This document shows positions 1 through 9,659 of a DNA stretch of 18,381 nt, piece after piece. A model generated the notes under the pieces. That model saw nothing but the letters and a program-made list of their open reading frames with translations, was not told where the DNA came from and did no database searches. The DNA is from Ginkgo biloba (lineage: Eukaryota > Plantae > Ginkgophyta). The stretch is from contig JANKJI020000002.1 in NCBI GenBank assembly GCA_024626585.2, positions 167,147,234 to 167,165,614 of the forward strand, written 5' to 3'. Position 1 is the stretch's first letter. The number at the start of each line of letters is the position of its first letter. The translations under genes and the position numbers were made by a program.

Positions 1-848
1 CTGGAGTGTAAGTAATTGTTTTGTGGAGTGCTTATGGAGTCTAAGCAATCCAAGATACTCATCGAGTAGCCTTTGTGGTTTACATGGAATCGTCATATCA
101 CTCATGAATTGGACATTGGCCCACACGAAGTCGTGTCATTTGTGTGGAGTTTGTTGGCTGGTAGATAAGTTCACTAGCAACTATGACAAAGGAATGAATG
201 TAATTGCCCTTTCTACATCAAAGAGTGCCCTCACTTTGGTGAGTACTTTGTATATTCCAATTTCCTTGCTATCAAAAATAAAATTGAAGCAGTTCCTATT
301 TGTTTATTTGCAAAGCTCTTTCTATATATTGTACATTTTTGTATCTAGCTTTGCCTTAAATCTTTACAATTGGTGCATAGGTTGGTTGGATTACAGTTTT
401 GAAGGAAGCTTAGCTTATGCAACTCCCAAAAACCATATTTGGTCTTTTGTAGATGAGAAAATTTGTGTATCTCTCCCCTACCTACTCTCTATAGCACAGC
501 CCCACAGGGAAGTAATATCTAGAAGCATTCTCGCCATAATCTTTCCAGTGTTCGAGACCCTGATGCTAATCCACACAAAATATAAGAGACTGGGAGGATA
601 AATAGGAAGGGTCAAATGAATGTAGTTGTGTGCCAACCACAAATTCTATGGTTGTGATATGCATGTGTAGAAATAAGCTAGATGCTATGTCTGGAGTTAA
701 AAGGGAAACAGCATTCCATGTAAGCTTGAAGAATGAAACCAAAGATGCCATAAGTTGCAATACTTAATATCATTAAGCACAACCTTAACCATAACAATAA
801 AAATTAAACAATTTAAACATGGACTAGATCAAACTGTTTCTGAAGTAC

Positions 849-1061
849 CATATTTGGCTGTCCTGCAGCAGCTATTACGATATCTGCCTCACTAATGATG
901 CTCTTTGGATCAGGGGTCCGAGAATGCACAACCGTTACAGTTGCATCTAACTTGATAAGCAGCAATGCAACTGGCAATCCTACTATGTTACTCCTCCCAA
1001 CTACAACTGCTTTTTTGCTTGATATGGAGATCCCACTCCTTAGTAGGAGTTCGATGCACCC
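849..1061 (-). CDS. FOLD2: FolD-family exon C (NAD(P)-binding domain); the gene continues beyond it
   Basis: GCIELLLRSGISISSKKAVVVGRSNIVGLPVALLLIKLDATVTVVHSRTPDPKSIISEADIVIAAAGQPNM, with the GRSxIVG motif. Acceptor tttcag|GGG and donor ATG|gtactt. Length 213 bp, phase 0/0. The expected last exon (VIDVG...PVPGGVGPMT) was not seen in 1-848. Confidence 0.96.
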
Positions 1062-1454
1062 CTGAAACCCAATAACAATCAGCCTTATAGTGATTTTCTG
1101 AAAAAATGCAACAGTTTTACTCACTTGTGTATTAAAACATTTATCTCTTTAGGAGTGTAACAATTCAAAGTAGGAATTTTATCATTCACAAGAGATCAAC
1201 CGTATGATCCATGCAACTAGGTNNNNNNNNNNNNNNNNNNNNNNNNNNNNNNNNNNNNNNNNNNNNNNNNNNNNNNNNAGAGTTTCCTTCTAAGTAAAAC
1301 CTTGCAATTTCCAGAAACAACACAAAAAATTCCTCACTCTAACATGTGAAGGGTAATCTCTTGTCAAGCAACCAAGCACACTGCTTCCATGAACCAAATA
1401 ACTTCCACTATATACAGGAATTGTCTGTATTCCACAATTCACAATTAAAAGTAC

Positions 1455-1612
1455 CTTGGGTGTACAGGGAACAAATAGAGGTTCTCTTCCCTTCATTGCA
1501 GTTTTACCAATGTTGAGAGGATGAAAACCATCTACATCCTTTTCTATGCTTATCGCACTCAATATCTTCTCTTCATTGATGTGTGGCGGTAGTGGAAGTT
1601 GTACCAATATAC
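1455..1612 (-). CDS. FOLD2: FolD-family exon B
   Basis: (G)[52 protein letters not shown], with the signatures [14 protein letters not shown] and PCTP. Acceptor tttaacag|GT completes the phase-1 Gly codon from exon A. Donor AAG|gtac. Length 158 bp. Confidence 0.96.
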
Positions 1613-2769
1613 CTGTTAAAAAGTACATGAATAAGACCACACCAAAATACAATTCATACAACAGATTCTTCAAGAATTTACACTGATGCAAGAGATATAA
1701 CATGGGTTTGCCCACAGAAAGGTCAAGTATGAGTTATAATTGCTTAGACTACTGTATTGCTTGCTGAAACGTTTTCTGTATAAAAAATAACTGTCAACAG
1801 AAAAGTATCACTTCTTGTGCAATTCAACATGCAGTTTGAATCTAAATAGGCTTCAGAAGTTCATTCCCCAAGGTAGCAATGGCACAGGTGAGGGGAGGTA
1901 GAAAGTACCAACCTTCAAGGTGAAAAGAAGTTTATATGTTTTCCCAGAAATTGGCACATGGAGTAGCAAAAATTAAAGAGAATTCCTTGATTCAGAAACT
2001 TGCACCCAATCCACCAACATCAAACCTCCCTTGCCAAGGTGAGTATCTTAACAAATGAATGGCTCTATCCAAGCCAATCAAATCTAAAATCAACATTTTG
2101 AAGCAAGATCACAAGTCATTTAGAAGTATGTTCAGTACACTAGATCAAAAATGCAGAATACGTATGGTCAGCAAAAAATATCGAAAAGTACTGAAGAAAA
2201 AGGTTGCTATAAACTTAGTAAATAATATAGTAATTCAGAAATTAACATTATATCAAGCATACTCACAAGAAACATAAGGGTATTACAAAATTGGAAAATT
2301 TATATTCCTTGCATTTTGTGCACCTACATTCCAAATTATTGGAAAAGAGAACAAACTGGCAAATAAAACAAATGAATCTTTGACAGGGTGAAAGAACCAA
2401 TATATGGAGCACCACATTACAAATAACATTACAAAAATAATGTCATGTCATCAGTTTTAGGTTTTTGGGTAAGCAATCAATGTCTTTTGACAGGCCTACT
2501 ACAAAAATACAGTTCTGTAATGTTTTGGTATGGTCGATTCCCCAATAGGTTAAAATTACAGGAAATTGACATTTTAAGATATTTTTTGTTACTACGGTTG
2601 ATGTGCCATTTGTTAGCAGGACATTTGCGCCTAACAGAATACGAAGATATTGACGAGAGATATGTTAANNNNNNNNNNNNNNNNNNNNNNNNNNNNNNNN
2701 NNNNNNNNNNNNNNNNNNNNNNNNNNNNNNNNNNNNNNNNNNNNNNNNNNNNNNNNNNNNNNNNNNNNT

Positions 2770-3700
2770 TGGAGCTCATCCATGATTACAATTGGCCATG
2801 TCCTCTCTTGATTTGCCATGCAATTATTAAAGGTATGTTTGGGTAGAAGCACTCTACCCAACCTTTGCCATTGATTATCCACCAAAACCATCATACCACA
2901 TCCTCCATCCATGATAACTCTACGAATGATGGTACTTTTGATATAACGGCTAGCTAATCACAATCTTATTTCTTTTTAATTTGGCTCGCTAACAAATCAA
3001 GTCCTTGAACTAGGTTTGGTGGTGATTCCTTAAATTGACCAACTTTCCACTGTTCAAACACAATGGCCAAAGCATACATAGCTTAGTTTTAGTTATCAAT
3101 TGCTTCAACATATTCATTTTCATATCCACAAGCGAATGCTTCATATCTTCAAGAATCATAGAACTTGTTTGATCCACTTCCTTCTGAGGCTATAGTCTTT
3201 GAATCGAAGCTTTCTTGAACCTATTCCACTCATACACACTTGCGAATCGTGGTTAATCCTCCTTTTGTAACTCTTGATACATCATAGTGTTCTTTTCAAG
3301 CTTTTATTATCTTTCTTTGCAACCCATATAGCTAACTTTGATTTTTGAATACCCTTTGCAACTTACTTAATGGTTTGATGAGTTACCTTTTCAGTTTGTT
3401 GGATTGTACTTCTTGTTTTCATATACCATTCCTTTTGTTTAAATGGATTGGGCAAATTTGAATTTGGTTGGTCCTTGCACTTCCACTATTGTTCATGTGA
3501 TAAATTGTTCCTCCTTCTTCATCCCCACTAGAGTCAAGATTCACTACAAAATACTTAAAATCTCTATTTCTTACAAAGTTTTGATGAGTCTTCATATTCA
3601 TGGTTAAATGGACAACATTTTTGCAAATCATGTCCACCCCACTCTTCTCCGAACTATGCCTGGCACCCTTACAAGCATGGAGATCATTCATAATTGCTAG
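2770..3700 (-). mobile_element. Degenerate Ty3/gypsy gag-protease remnant
   Basis: Minus strand ~2950-2770 reads YIKSTIIRRVIMDGGCGMMVLVDNQWQRLGRVLLPKHTFNNCMANQERTWPIVIMDEL. This fits the DGGS-type retroelement aspartic protease pattern (IxDGGSGVNxx...KLG...FxxxMAxQ...P). The upstream purine-rich part is only presumed to be gag. Confidence 0.55.
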
Positions 3701-3899
3701 GTGTTGATGATTAGCTTGATTCGCTACCGAAGATTGGGTTGCTCACATAGTAAGCCCTTTTTGGCAATCCCCACAGCCAACGACAGGTGGTAGAGGTCAT
3801 CGCTACAAGTCAATCCTAGTCAAATGGTTTTCCTTGCCCAAACCTGTAAATTAATTGTGTTGTGTATTCTACTACCATAAATTAGCATAAACACATATT

Positions 3900-4456
3900 T
3901 GCAATGTATGCGTATTGAATTTACTTCATTTTTACACTGAAACTGAAATATAATTATTGTATGCAAATCACCGTGCTTCTATCTTCATTATGGTATATGA
4001 TTTCCAAGTCTAAAGCATTCCTTGATGCAAGTTTAGAAGGCAAGAGTGTTACTATGGTATCAGAATTCGAGGGAGAGATAGATTCCAAGTATGGAATAAA
4101 AAATTCTAAAGAAAAGGAGGAAAGGAAGAAACCTAAAAACCCCATCCTAACCTACAAACGTAGAAGGAAGCAAGGTGAGCAAGATGTGACAAGAGAGGCT
4201 TGAATGGAACTAGCTTAGGAAGAGCCTTTAAAATTTGAGGAATTGAAAGAGGAGGCTCAAAAAGATGAGATCAAGAACCAAAGCATAAGAGAAGCTAGCA
4301 AGAGTGGAAATTGCTTCAAAAAGTGAAGCAATTGAAGGATGTGTAGATACCAGATTATGATGTACAAGTCATGGGGTCATCTTTCCAATCTTGGGTGAGA
4401 GAAGTTGAGACATTCTTTTCCTACTTTAACACATTGGAAGAGCATAAAGTAACTAC
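3900..4456 (+). mobile_element. LTR retrotransposon fragment, copy 1: LTR 3' end, tRNA-Met PBS and 5' gag, truncated
   Basis: TGGTATCAGA at 4055-4064. Colinear similarity to 12437-13020, e.g. ccyatcctaacctay, ggaagcaag, gatcaagaaccaaagcataagaga and tcttgggt. The LTR may extend to ~3700. Confidence 0.7.
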
Positions 4457-4537
4457 CTATTACATCATAGAAAAGCTAAATGAATCTTACCTTGAGAAAG
4501 ACAAAACAAGATGATTTTTTCCTTAGAGGAAAGTTCA

Positions 4538-5603
4538 TGTGCATTGTAGTTATTAGTTAGTTCCCCGGTGAAATTTGAGAGGACAGAGAAAATAGTGAAA
4601 GCTAGGGCCTTCGAGGTGCACTAGTAGAGGGTTTCTCCTTTCAAAGAGAAAATTATAATAGCTAAGAGCCATAAAGAGTTCCTTGGAGTATAGGCTAGCT
4701 TCTATATGAAATCCACCCCTTATGGGGAGGATTGTCCCTGGTATTTCTAGCATACATAGATATTACTTCGAGCTTAGACAATCCTTAACATATCATTATT
4801 CTTCTCTCAGCAAGGTGCCTTCATTTTATTTCTCTATTTCTACATTCCATTGATTATAGTTAACCCAAAAAGTCATTGGTTTTACTCTGGTGAATTTTCT
4901 ACATATTGTAGAGCTGAAGTGTCTTCATTATAGTGACCCTCTAGCACATGTTTTAGCATAAAAAGTGCCCATATCTCTTCCTCAAAGCAAGGCAACCTCA
5001 TTGGAGATGATTGCATGGTTTTTTAGTTGCATTTTTTAGCACTAAGAACCTTGGAAAGGTGACACAGGGTTTTTGGCAGCATAATGGCCAGTTTCTAGTT
5101 GAAGATACCACAATGTTTGGCACTTCAGAGAAAGTCTCTAGACCTATCCCTATAGAGAAGGGGCATTTTTTACCCTAGAGGCAATTGGCAGCTTTAGTCA
5201 AAGGTTTTTACCCAAGTATTAAATTCTATAAGTATTCTACAAACCCTGACTTTGCAATAATTTTGGCTGCCATAAATTAATGGGATATCTTTGCAGTTTA
5301 CCTTCTAGCCACTATAAATTATTTTTTTTCCTGCAATTTTATGGATAGAATAGTATTTCTAGTTTATGCATGCCCATGTCATGGAGCTAAGCCCTTCTTT
5401 TTGGGATTTAAACCCCTTTAGAGTAGGGCACCCTTAGTAGAGGACTTAATTGTGATATTTATGGTGCAATAATGGTTATTTAATGATATATGCATGTTGT
5501 CATATATATTTTTTGAAATTACCCCACCTAGGGATTTTGTCTAGGCAATGGTGGTTATAGCCAAAGACCTATTAGGGGATCGTGAGCCTTGGTTAAAGGC
5601 ACA
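4538..5603 (+). mobile_element. Probable solo LTR related to the LTR at 17072-17534
   Basis: Possible termini tgtgcatt...aaggcaca (7/8 inverted match). Shares aaggcaacctcatt (4989-5002 vs 17073-17086), taagccct, gtagggcaccctt (5423-5435 vs 17405-17417) and ttggttaaa in the same order. No target-site duplication found. Confidence 0.4.
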
Positions 5604-5608
5604 TTTGT

Positions 5609-5738
5609 ATGAGGATCATAATTTTCCCTTGCACGCAAGCTTTTCACATGGTGCATAATTTAGACACTCTCAATCAATTTGTTAAGCAACAGTATTACAC
5701 AACCTACCATTTTTAGCCTTGGAAAAATTGGATGAATG
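5609..5738 (+). pseudogene. GH32 pseudogene exon 1 (5' boundary uncertain)
   Basis: MRIIIFPCTQAFHMVHNLDTLNQFVKQQYYTTYHF*PWKNWMN(G)|gtactc, matching the cell-wall invertase pattern QPYRTGYHFQPxKNWMN. The Q codon reads TAG. Confidence 0.85.
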
Positions 5739-5907
5739 GTACTCTGCAAATCACACTTAAATCTTTCAAAACGTGTTATTGTTATGGCCTTTCACTACTT
5801 AAATATGCATTCGTATATATTTTGGTCATTCATTCGTTCGAATCTTTCTGAAATATTATTATTATTGTACGTTGTGGAGTGGCATTTATGTGGCAAATGG
5901 TGAACAG

Positions 5908-5916
5908 ATCCAAATG
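5908..5916 (+). other. 9-nt micro-exon of plant acid invertases (encodes D-P-N of NDPNG)
   Basis: gaacag|ATCCAAATG|gtgagt. Spliced to exon 1 (...AAT G) and exon 3 (tgcag|GG CCT ATG) it gives WMN-D-P-N-G-PM in frame. Confidence 0.93.
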
Positions 5917-6017
5917 GTGAGTTTAATTAGAGTTATTATTTCTTGGCACAAGATGAGGATAAATCAATCAATAGAAATAAAGATTGGGAAAAAATTAAAC
6001 ATTATGTGTGAATGCAG

Positions 6018-6865
6018 GGCCTATGTTTTACAAAGGAATATATCATCTCTTCTACCAATACAATCCCAACGGAGCCAAATGGGAATCTAAAATAGAGTGG
6101 GGGCACTCAGTGTCTATAGATTTAATTCACTGGCAGCATCTGGAAGTTGCATTTGTTCCAAGCGAATGGTATGACATCAACGGTTGTTGGTCGAGGTCGG
6201 CTACGTTTCTGCAAGGAGGAAAGCCCCTTATAGTTTACACAGGTTCCAACAATGCCTCCCAACAGGTGCAGAACATGGTTGTTCCTAAAAACCTTTCGGA
6301 TCCTCTTCTCCAACAATGGTTGAAAATCCAAGAAAACCCAATCATAATTCCAAGCGATGAAATTGACGATAATTTTTTCAAGGATCTGACCACTGGATGG
6401 AGCGGTCTCATCAACAAAAAATGGAGAATCGTTGTTGGGTCACAGTAGGGAAGCCGAGGAATGGCGTTGTTCTACACAAGCAACGATTTTGTCAAGTGGG
6501 AAAAGGCTGAAAAGCCATTGTTGCATTCGTCTAAGGGTACCGGAATGTCGGTTGTCGTGGATGGAATTCATGGGTTGGATAATGGTATGGTTGGAGTTAA
6601 TGATTCTTCTTCTTCTGTTGAACATGTTATGAAGGCGAGCTTAATGGGTAAGTGGGATTACTACACTGTGGGGATATATTTGGAGAGTGAAGATATTTAT
6701 GTATCAGATGACATGAGTGCAAACAATGGTGAGAAGGGATTGCAATATGTTATGCGTCTAAGAGTTTTATTTTACAGTCATAACAGTAGATGGATTCTTT
6801 GGGGTTGGGTCAATGAATTGGATAGTGTAGTTGATGATGTTATCAAAGGTTGGGCTGGTCTTCAG
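6018..6865 (+). pseudogene. GH32 pseudogene exon 3 (beta-propeller domain)
   Basis: ORFs 6008-6448 and 6461-6898 share one frame and are separated by a single TAG. Acceptor tgcag| at 6017 and donor CAG|gtaagt at 6865/6866. Confidence 0.92.
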
Positions 6866-6990
6866 GTAAGTCTCACATTAAGCAATTTTTTTTTCTAAAA
6901 AATATGATTTTGTCCACTCTAATTAATTCTGATTTTTTTTTATCGATAACGTTTCTAGATGGTTTTAAGAAACAATAATGCAAACAATAT

Positions 6991-7050
6991 ATGTTTTCTG
7001 GCCATTGATTTTGCATATACATGTTTTTTGGCCATTGATTTTTCATAAAT
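6991..7050. repeat. 30-bp tandem duplication
   Basis: atgttttctggccattgattttgcatatac / atgttttttggccattgatttttcataaat. Confidence 0.85.
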
Positions 7051-7059
7051 TTTTTGATG

Positions 7060-7692
7060 ATGCATGACTGGCTTCAACATGGGTATCAGAATGGTCACCA
7101 AAGCTTTGGGATATTATTTCTATGGTAAAAGGAGGCAGTGTGTTAGGTATTTTTTAGAAATTTTTAGAAACTTTTTCAAGTTTCTATATTCTAGAAATTA
7201 TGCCTAAAGGATTATTACATTAATTTTTTCAGTTGTTTTCATGCACATGAAGCTCCATATAAAATTCAGGAGTATAATAGTTTGGTCATGAGATAGAATA
7301 GAAACAGGGGACCAGGGAAGAGAAGAGAATGGACGGAAAAGAAAATTTGTTGATTGTGCCAATTATTTGCCACAGGCAACATACTAGTATATATTCCTTC
7401 ATTAAAAGAAAACCATAGACTATTTTTATCTAAAATGTATGTGCAAATTGCTCTATAAGCCACATCATAATAAAAACAAAGGTCAAGGCTACAATTATTT
7501 TATCTTGCAGGGTTTCTATCGTAGAATTTTGACCCATTTTGATGATCTCATGGTTTTAGTTGAAGAAATTGCCTTCATTCTATAGGGCATGGCGCTTTCT
7601 GCCCCATTGATCTTGGCTGACCCGAGAAGAAGATCAAGGAGACGAAGTTTGAGCAATGGCTAGACAAGTGTGAGGATGTTCGAACCTCAACC
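7060..7692 (+). other. Unidentified exon-like island (possible decayed multi-exon gene fragment)
   Basis: Three GC-richer blocks with splice-like borders: ~7060-7146|gtatt, ttttttcag|7233-7375|gcaac and tcttgcag|7511-~7692|gttaag. They join in compatible phase as LASTWVSEWSPKLWDIISMVKGGSVL-VVFMHMKLHIKFRSIIVWS*DRIETGDQGREENGRKRKFVDCANYLPQ-GFYRRILTHFDDLMVLVEEIAFIL*. I do not recognise the family. Confidence 0.3.
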
Positions 7693-7822
7693 GTTAAGCT
7701 CTCTGTCTCTATCTATTTCTCTATGTCTGTCTTTGTGTTGTTAATATATTTATAGATAGTATTTTTAAATTTTAATCATGATATTGTTTAGAGTATGTGT
7801 GTTCACTGAATGACCAAGCATG

Positions 7823-8071
7823 AATTTATTCATCAATCACTATGTGTAGCAGAATCACTGTGTGAATGTGTGAACTCAAAATTGTATGAATGTAAAAATT
7901 ATAGAGAATTTAAATTTACGGTAGAATGGCTCCAAGGACATAACTAATGAAGGCTTCGGTAGAATGGACTTCACAAATCACTATGCACATGAGTCACATA
8001 GTCACACAGTTAAATAAAGGCAATGTGGGAGTGACAAATTCACATAACGATGACGTGATAGTGAATAAATT
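7823..8071. repeat. Degenerate inverted repeat (foldback/MITE-like)
   Basis: aatttattca..atcac (7823-7840) pairs with gtgatagtgaataaatt (8055-8071). actgtgtgaatgtgtgaactca (7857-7878) pairs with tgagtcacatagtcacacagt (7990-8010). Internal direct repeat cggtagaatgg at 7919 and 7957. Confidence 0.5.
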
Positions 8072-8185
8072 ACGGATAAAACTTTTAAATATGCATTTTT
8101 TCACCATTTTTTTTACCCTCATCTGAAAAATAATGAAATTCTTTTTTTTTTTGGAAAAGTATGACATACACAATGACTTGGGTTA

Positions 8186-8747
8186 AATCCCACTGGTAGT
8201 GTTGTATCTTCAAACCCTAACATGCAATATGGGGGTATTGGTCATGGTTTTATCAATCTAGGTCTTAGGGTTAATCAAAGTTCAAACCCATTTGGGTTAA
8301 TTGCTCACCAAGGTTTGGCTCATCATTGATTAGGCAGCTCAAGTCTGACTGGCCTTGGTATCCATATAATGAATCTATCTTCAATACCATACTCCATTAA
8401 TCCATGTTTATCTTCACATGTAGGAATGCATGGAGTTTTTGGACAGGTTCAAAAGTCTCTTAGCATGGTTGCTTATGGGGGGGCATAATAGTGGTCTTGG
8501 TCTATACGGTCCCCAAGTGGGTGGTTACAATAATGGGTAAGGAGCAGGGGGGTATGGTGGTGGGTTGTTGTATGGTGTTCCTCCCAGTTTAGGTTCTATG
8601 AAAATATGTGCATATCAAGAAGGTCGACATTACCCATTTCTATCGTATCAAAGTCAACACCAACACCAACAATTAGGCACATCTATGGCACCTCGAGGCC
8701 TTGATAGAGTCCTTTTTCAAGGCATGCCGCCTTATTATTCAATCTAG
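8186..8747 (+). pseudogene. Decayed Gly/Ser-rich C-terminal region resembling UBP1-associated protein 2C (UBA2C-like RNA-binding protein); no RRM domains seen
   Basis: NPTGSVVSSNPNMQYGGIGHG...AHH*LGSSS...AYGG, then a +1 frameshift in the G7 run at 8477-8483, then HNSGLGLYGPQVGGYNNG*GAGGYGGGLLYGVPPSLGSMKICAYQEGRHYPFLSYQSQHQHQQLGTSMAPRGLDRVLFQGMPPYYSI*. The end resembles the UBA2C-type tail as recalled (YxxPPSS...YPEGxHY...YxSQHHQxxGTSPxPR...GMPPYY). Confidence 0.55.
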
Positions 8748-9659
8748 GCTTATTTTCCTACCCTTTGCTTCCTTATTAATAAGGATTATTTTATTTAGCA
8801 AATAACATGATTAAAAATTTGCGTGGGTTTTGTGTATATATTTTCTTACTCTTTTCCCTCATAGCATGTGTTAAGTCCCAATTCCTAGTTCCCTGTTAGA
8901 ATTTCTTTTCCCATGGAGTCATGATTCGATATGTATGGTATGAAGATATAGATCTAGGTCATTTTATCTTTTTTAAGTAAACATCAGAGCTACTTTGGTT
9001 TCTTATGACTAGTTGCAGGGTAAAATTGTACAAGTTTGAAAGATGACCCTTTTATTTAGAATGCAATTGGCCCCTAGATTTTCCAAGGTTTTATTGCCTG
9101 CATTAGTTTTAAAGCTTGTTGATATTCATTCTTGTCCTGCTCAGAACATTTTTAAGAATTGTGTGAGTGGCTTCCCTAAGCAATTTAAAATATTATGCAC
9201 TATAATAATTGTATTCTTTTTCAAAACTTTACACCAACATGAGCTAGTATATTCATGTTTGTTGTGTGGTATTAGGATTTAAAGCACAAGTTTATTGTTT
9301 ATTTTTTGTGAATCTACAATATACAACGTAGATATAATGGCTATTTTATTGCCTTTTTAGGGGATTTATTTTGACATTTTTAAAAATAATAAAATACTAT
9401 AGGCACTGGTATGAAATTTTTATTTTGCATATGAGTACGGGTTATATGTCAAATTTTCTACCTTATTTCCAATTTTTTTATATTAATCTTTGTGTGTTGT
9501 AGGTATATAGCTTTTCTATATATTATTGTGTTTATTGTGTGATTTTTACTTGGGAAGCATGAGACTTTACTATATGTGATGATGTGCTTGATGTAGTCTT
9601 ATGTTGGGAAGTGGTAATTTTGGTTCTTAGTGCATAAAGAATGAATGATTCTTTCACTG

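Larger units (their letters stand above)
5609..6865 (+). pseudogene. GH32 acid beta-fructofuranosidase (cell-wall invertase/FEH-like) unprocessed pseudogene, exons 1-3 only, nested antisense in the FolD intron
   Basis: Exon 1 (~5609-5738, ...QQYYTTYHF*PWKNWMN), micro-exon 5908-5916 and exon 3 (6018-6865, GPMFYKGIYHLFYQYNP...WGHSVSIDLIHW...ILWGWVNELDSVVDDVIKGWAGLQ|gtaagt). Stops at 5714-5716 and 6446-6448. WSGS is changed to WSRS, RDP to KDL, and WECPDF is absent. A local frameshift pair surrounds YASKSF (~6750-6775). Confidence 0.93.

Noticed and set aside
23-601. 192-aa + strand ORF
   Set aside because: GTG start, no recognisable domain, and antisense within the presumed FolD intron. The sequence looks LTR-like (...tttaca attggtgc at ~361-377), but support is too weak to call.
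2441-2668. Possible start of a younger LTR (tgtcatgtca...) running into a gap
   Set aside because: Only a TG start and a composition shift; no second copy in the window.
2770-2950. hAT transposase dimerisation domain (ERTWPI vs ERNWS)
   Set aside because: The full frame fits a retroelement aspartic protease (IMDGGCG...LG...MANQ) better.
6008-6898. Two separate functional invertase ORFs, or stop-codon readthrough
   Set aside because: They are one exon broken by TAG. Another stop in exon 1 and loss of the RDP and WEC motifs indicate a pseudogene.
7080-7090. PBS-like tgggtatcaga
   Set aside because: Imperfect match with no LTR upstream or gag downstream.
7511-7585. Invertase exon 4 (GFYRRIL...LVEEI vs xIPRxIWLD...QWPVEEI)
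   Set aside because: Only a few residues match, the conserved QWP is absent, and no later invertase exons follow.
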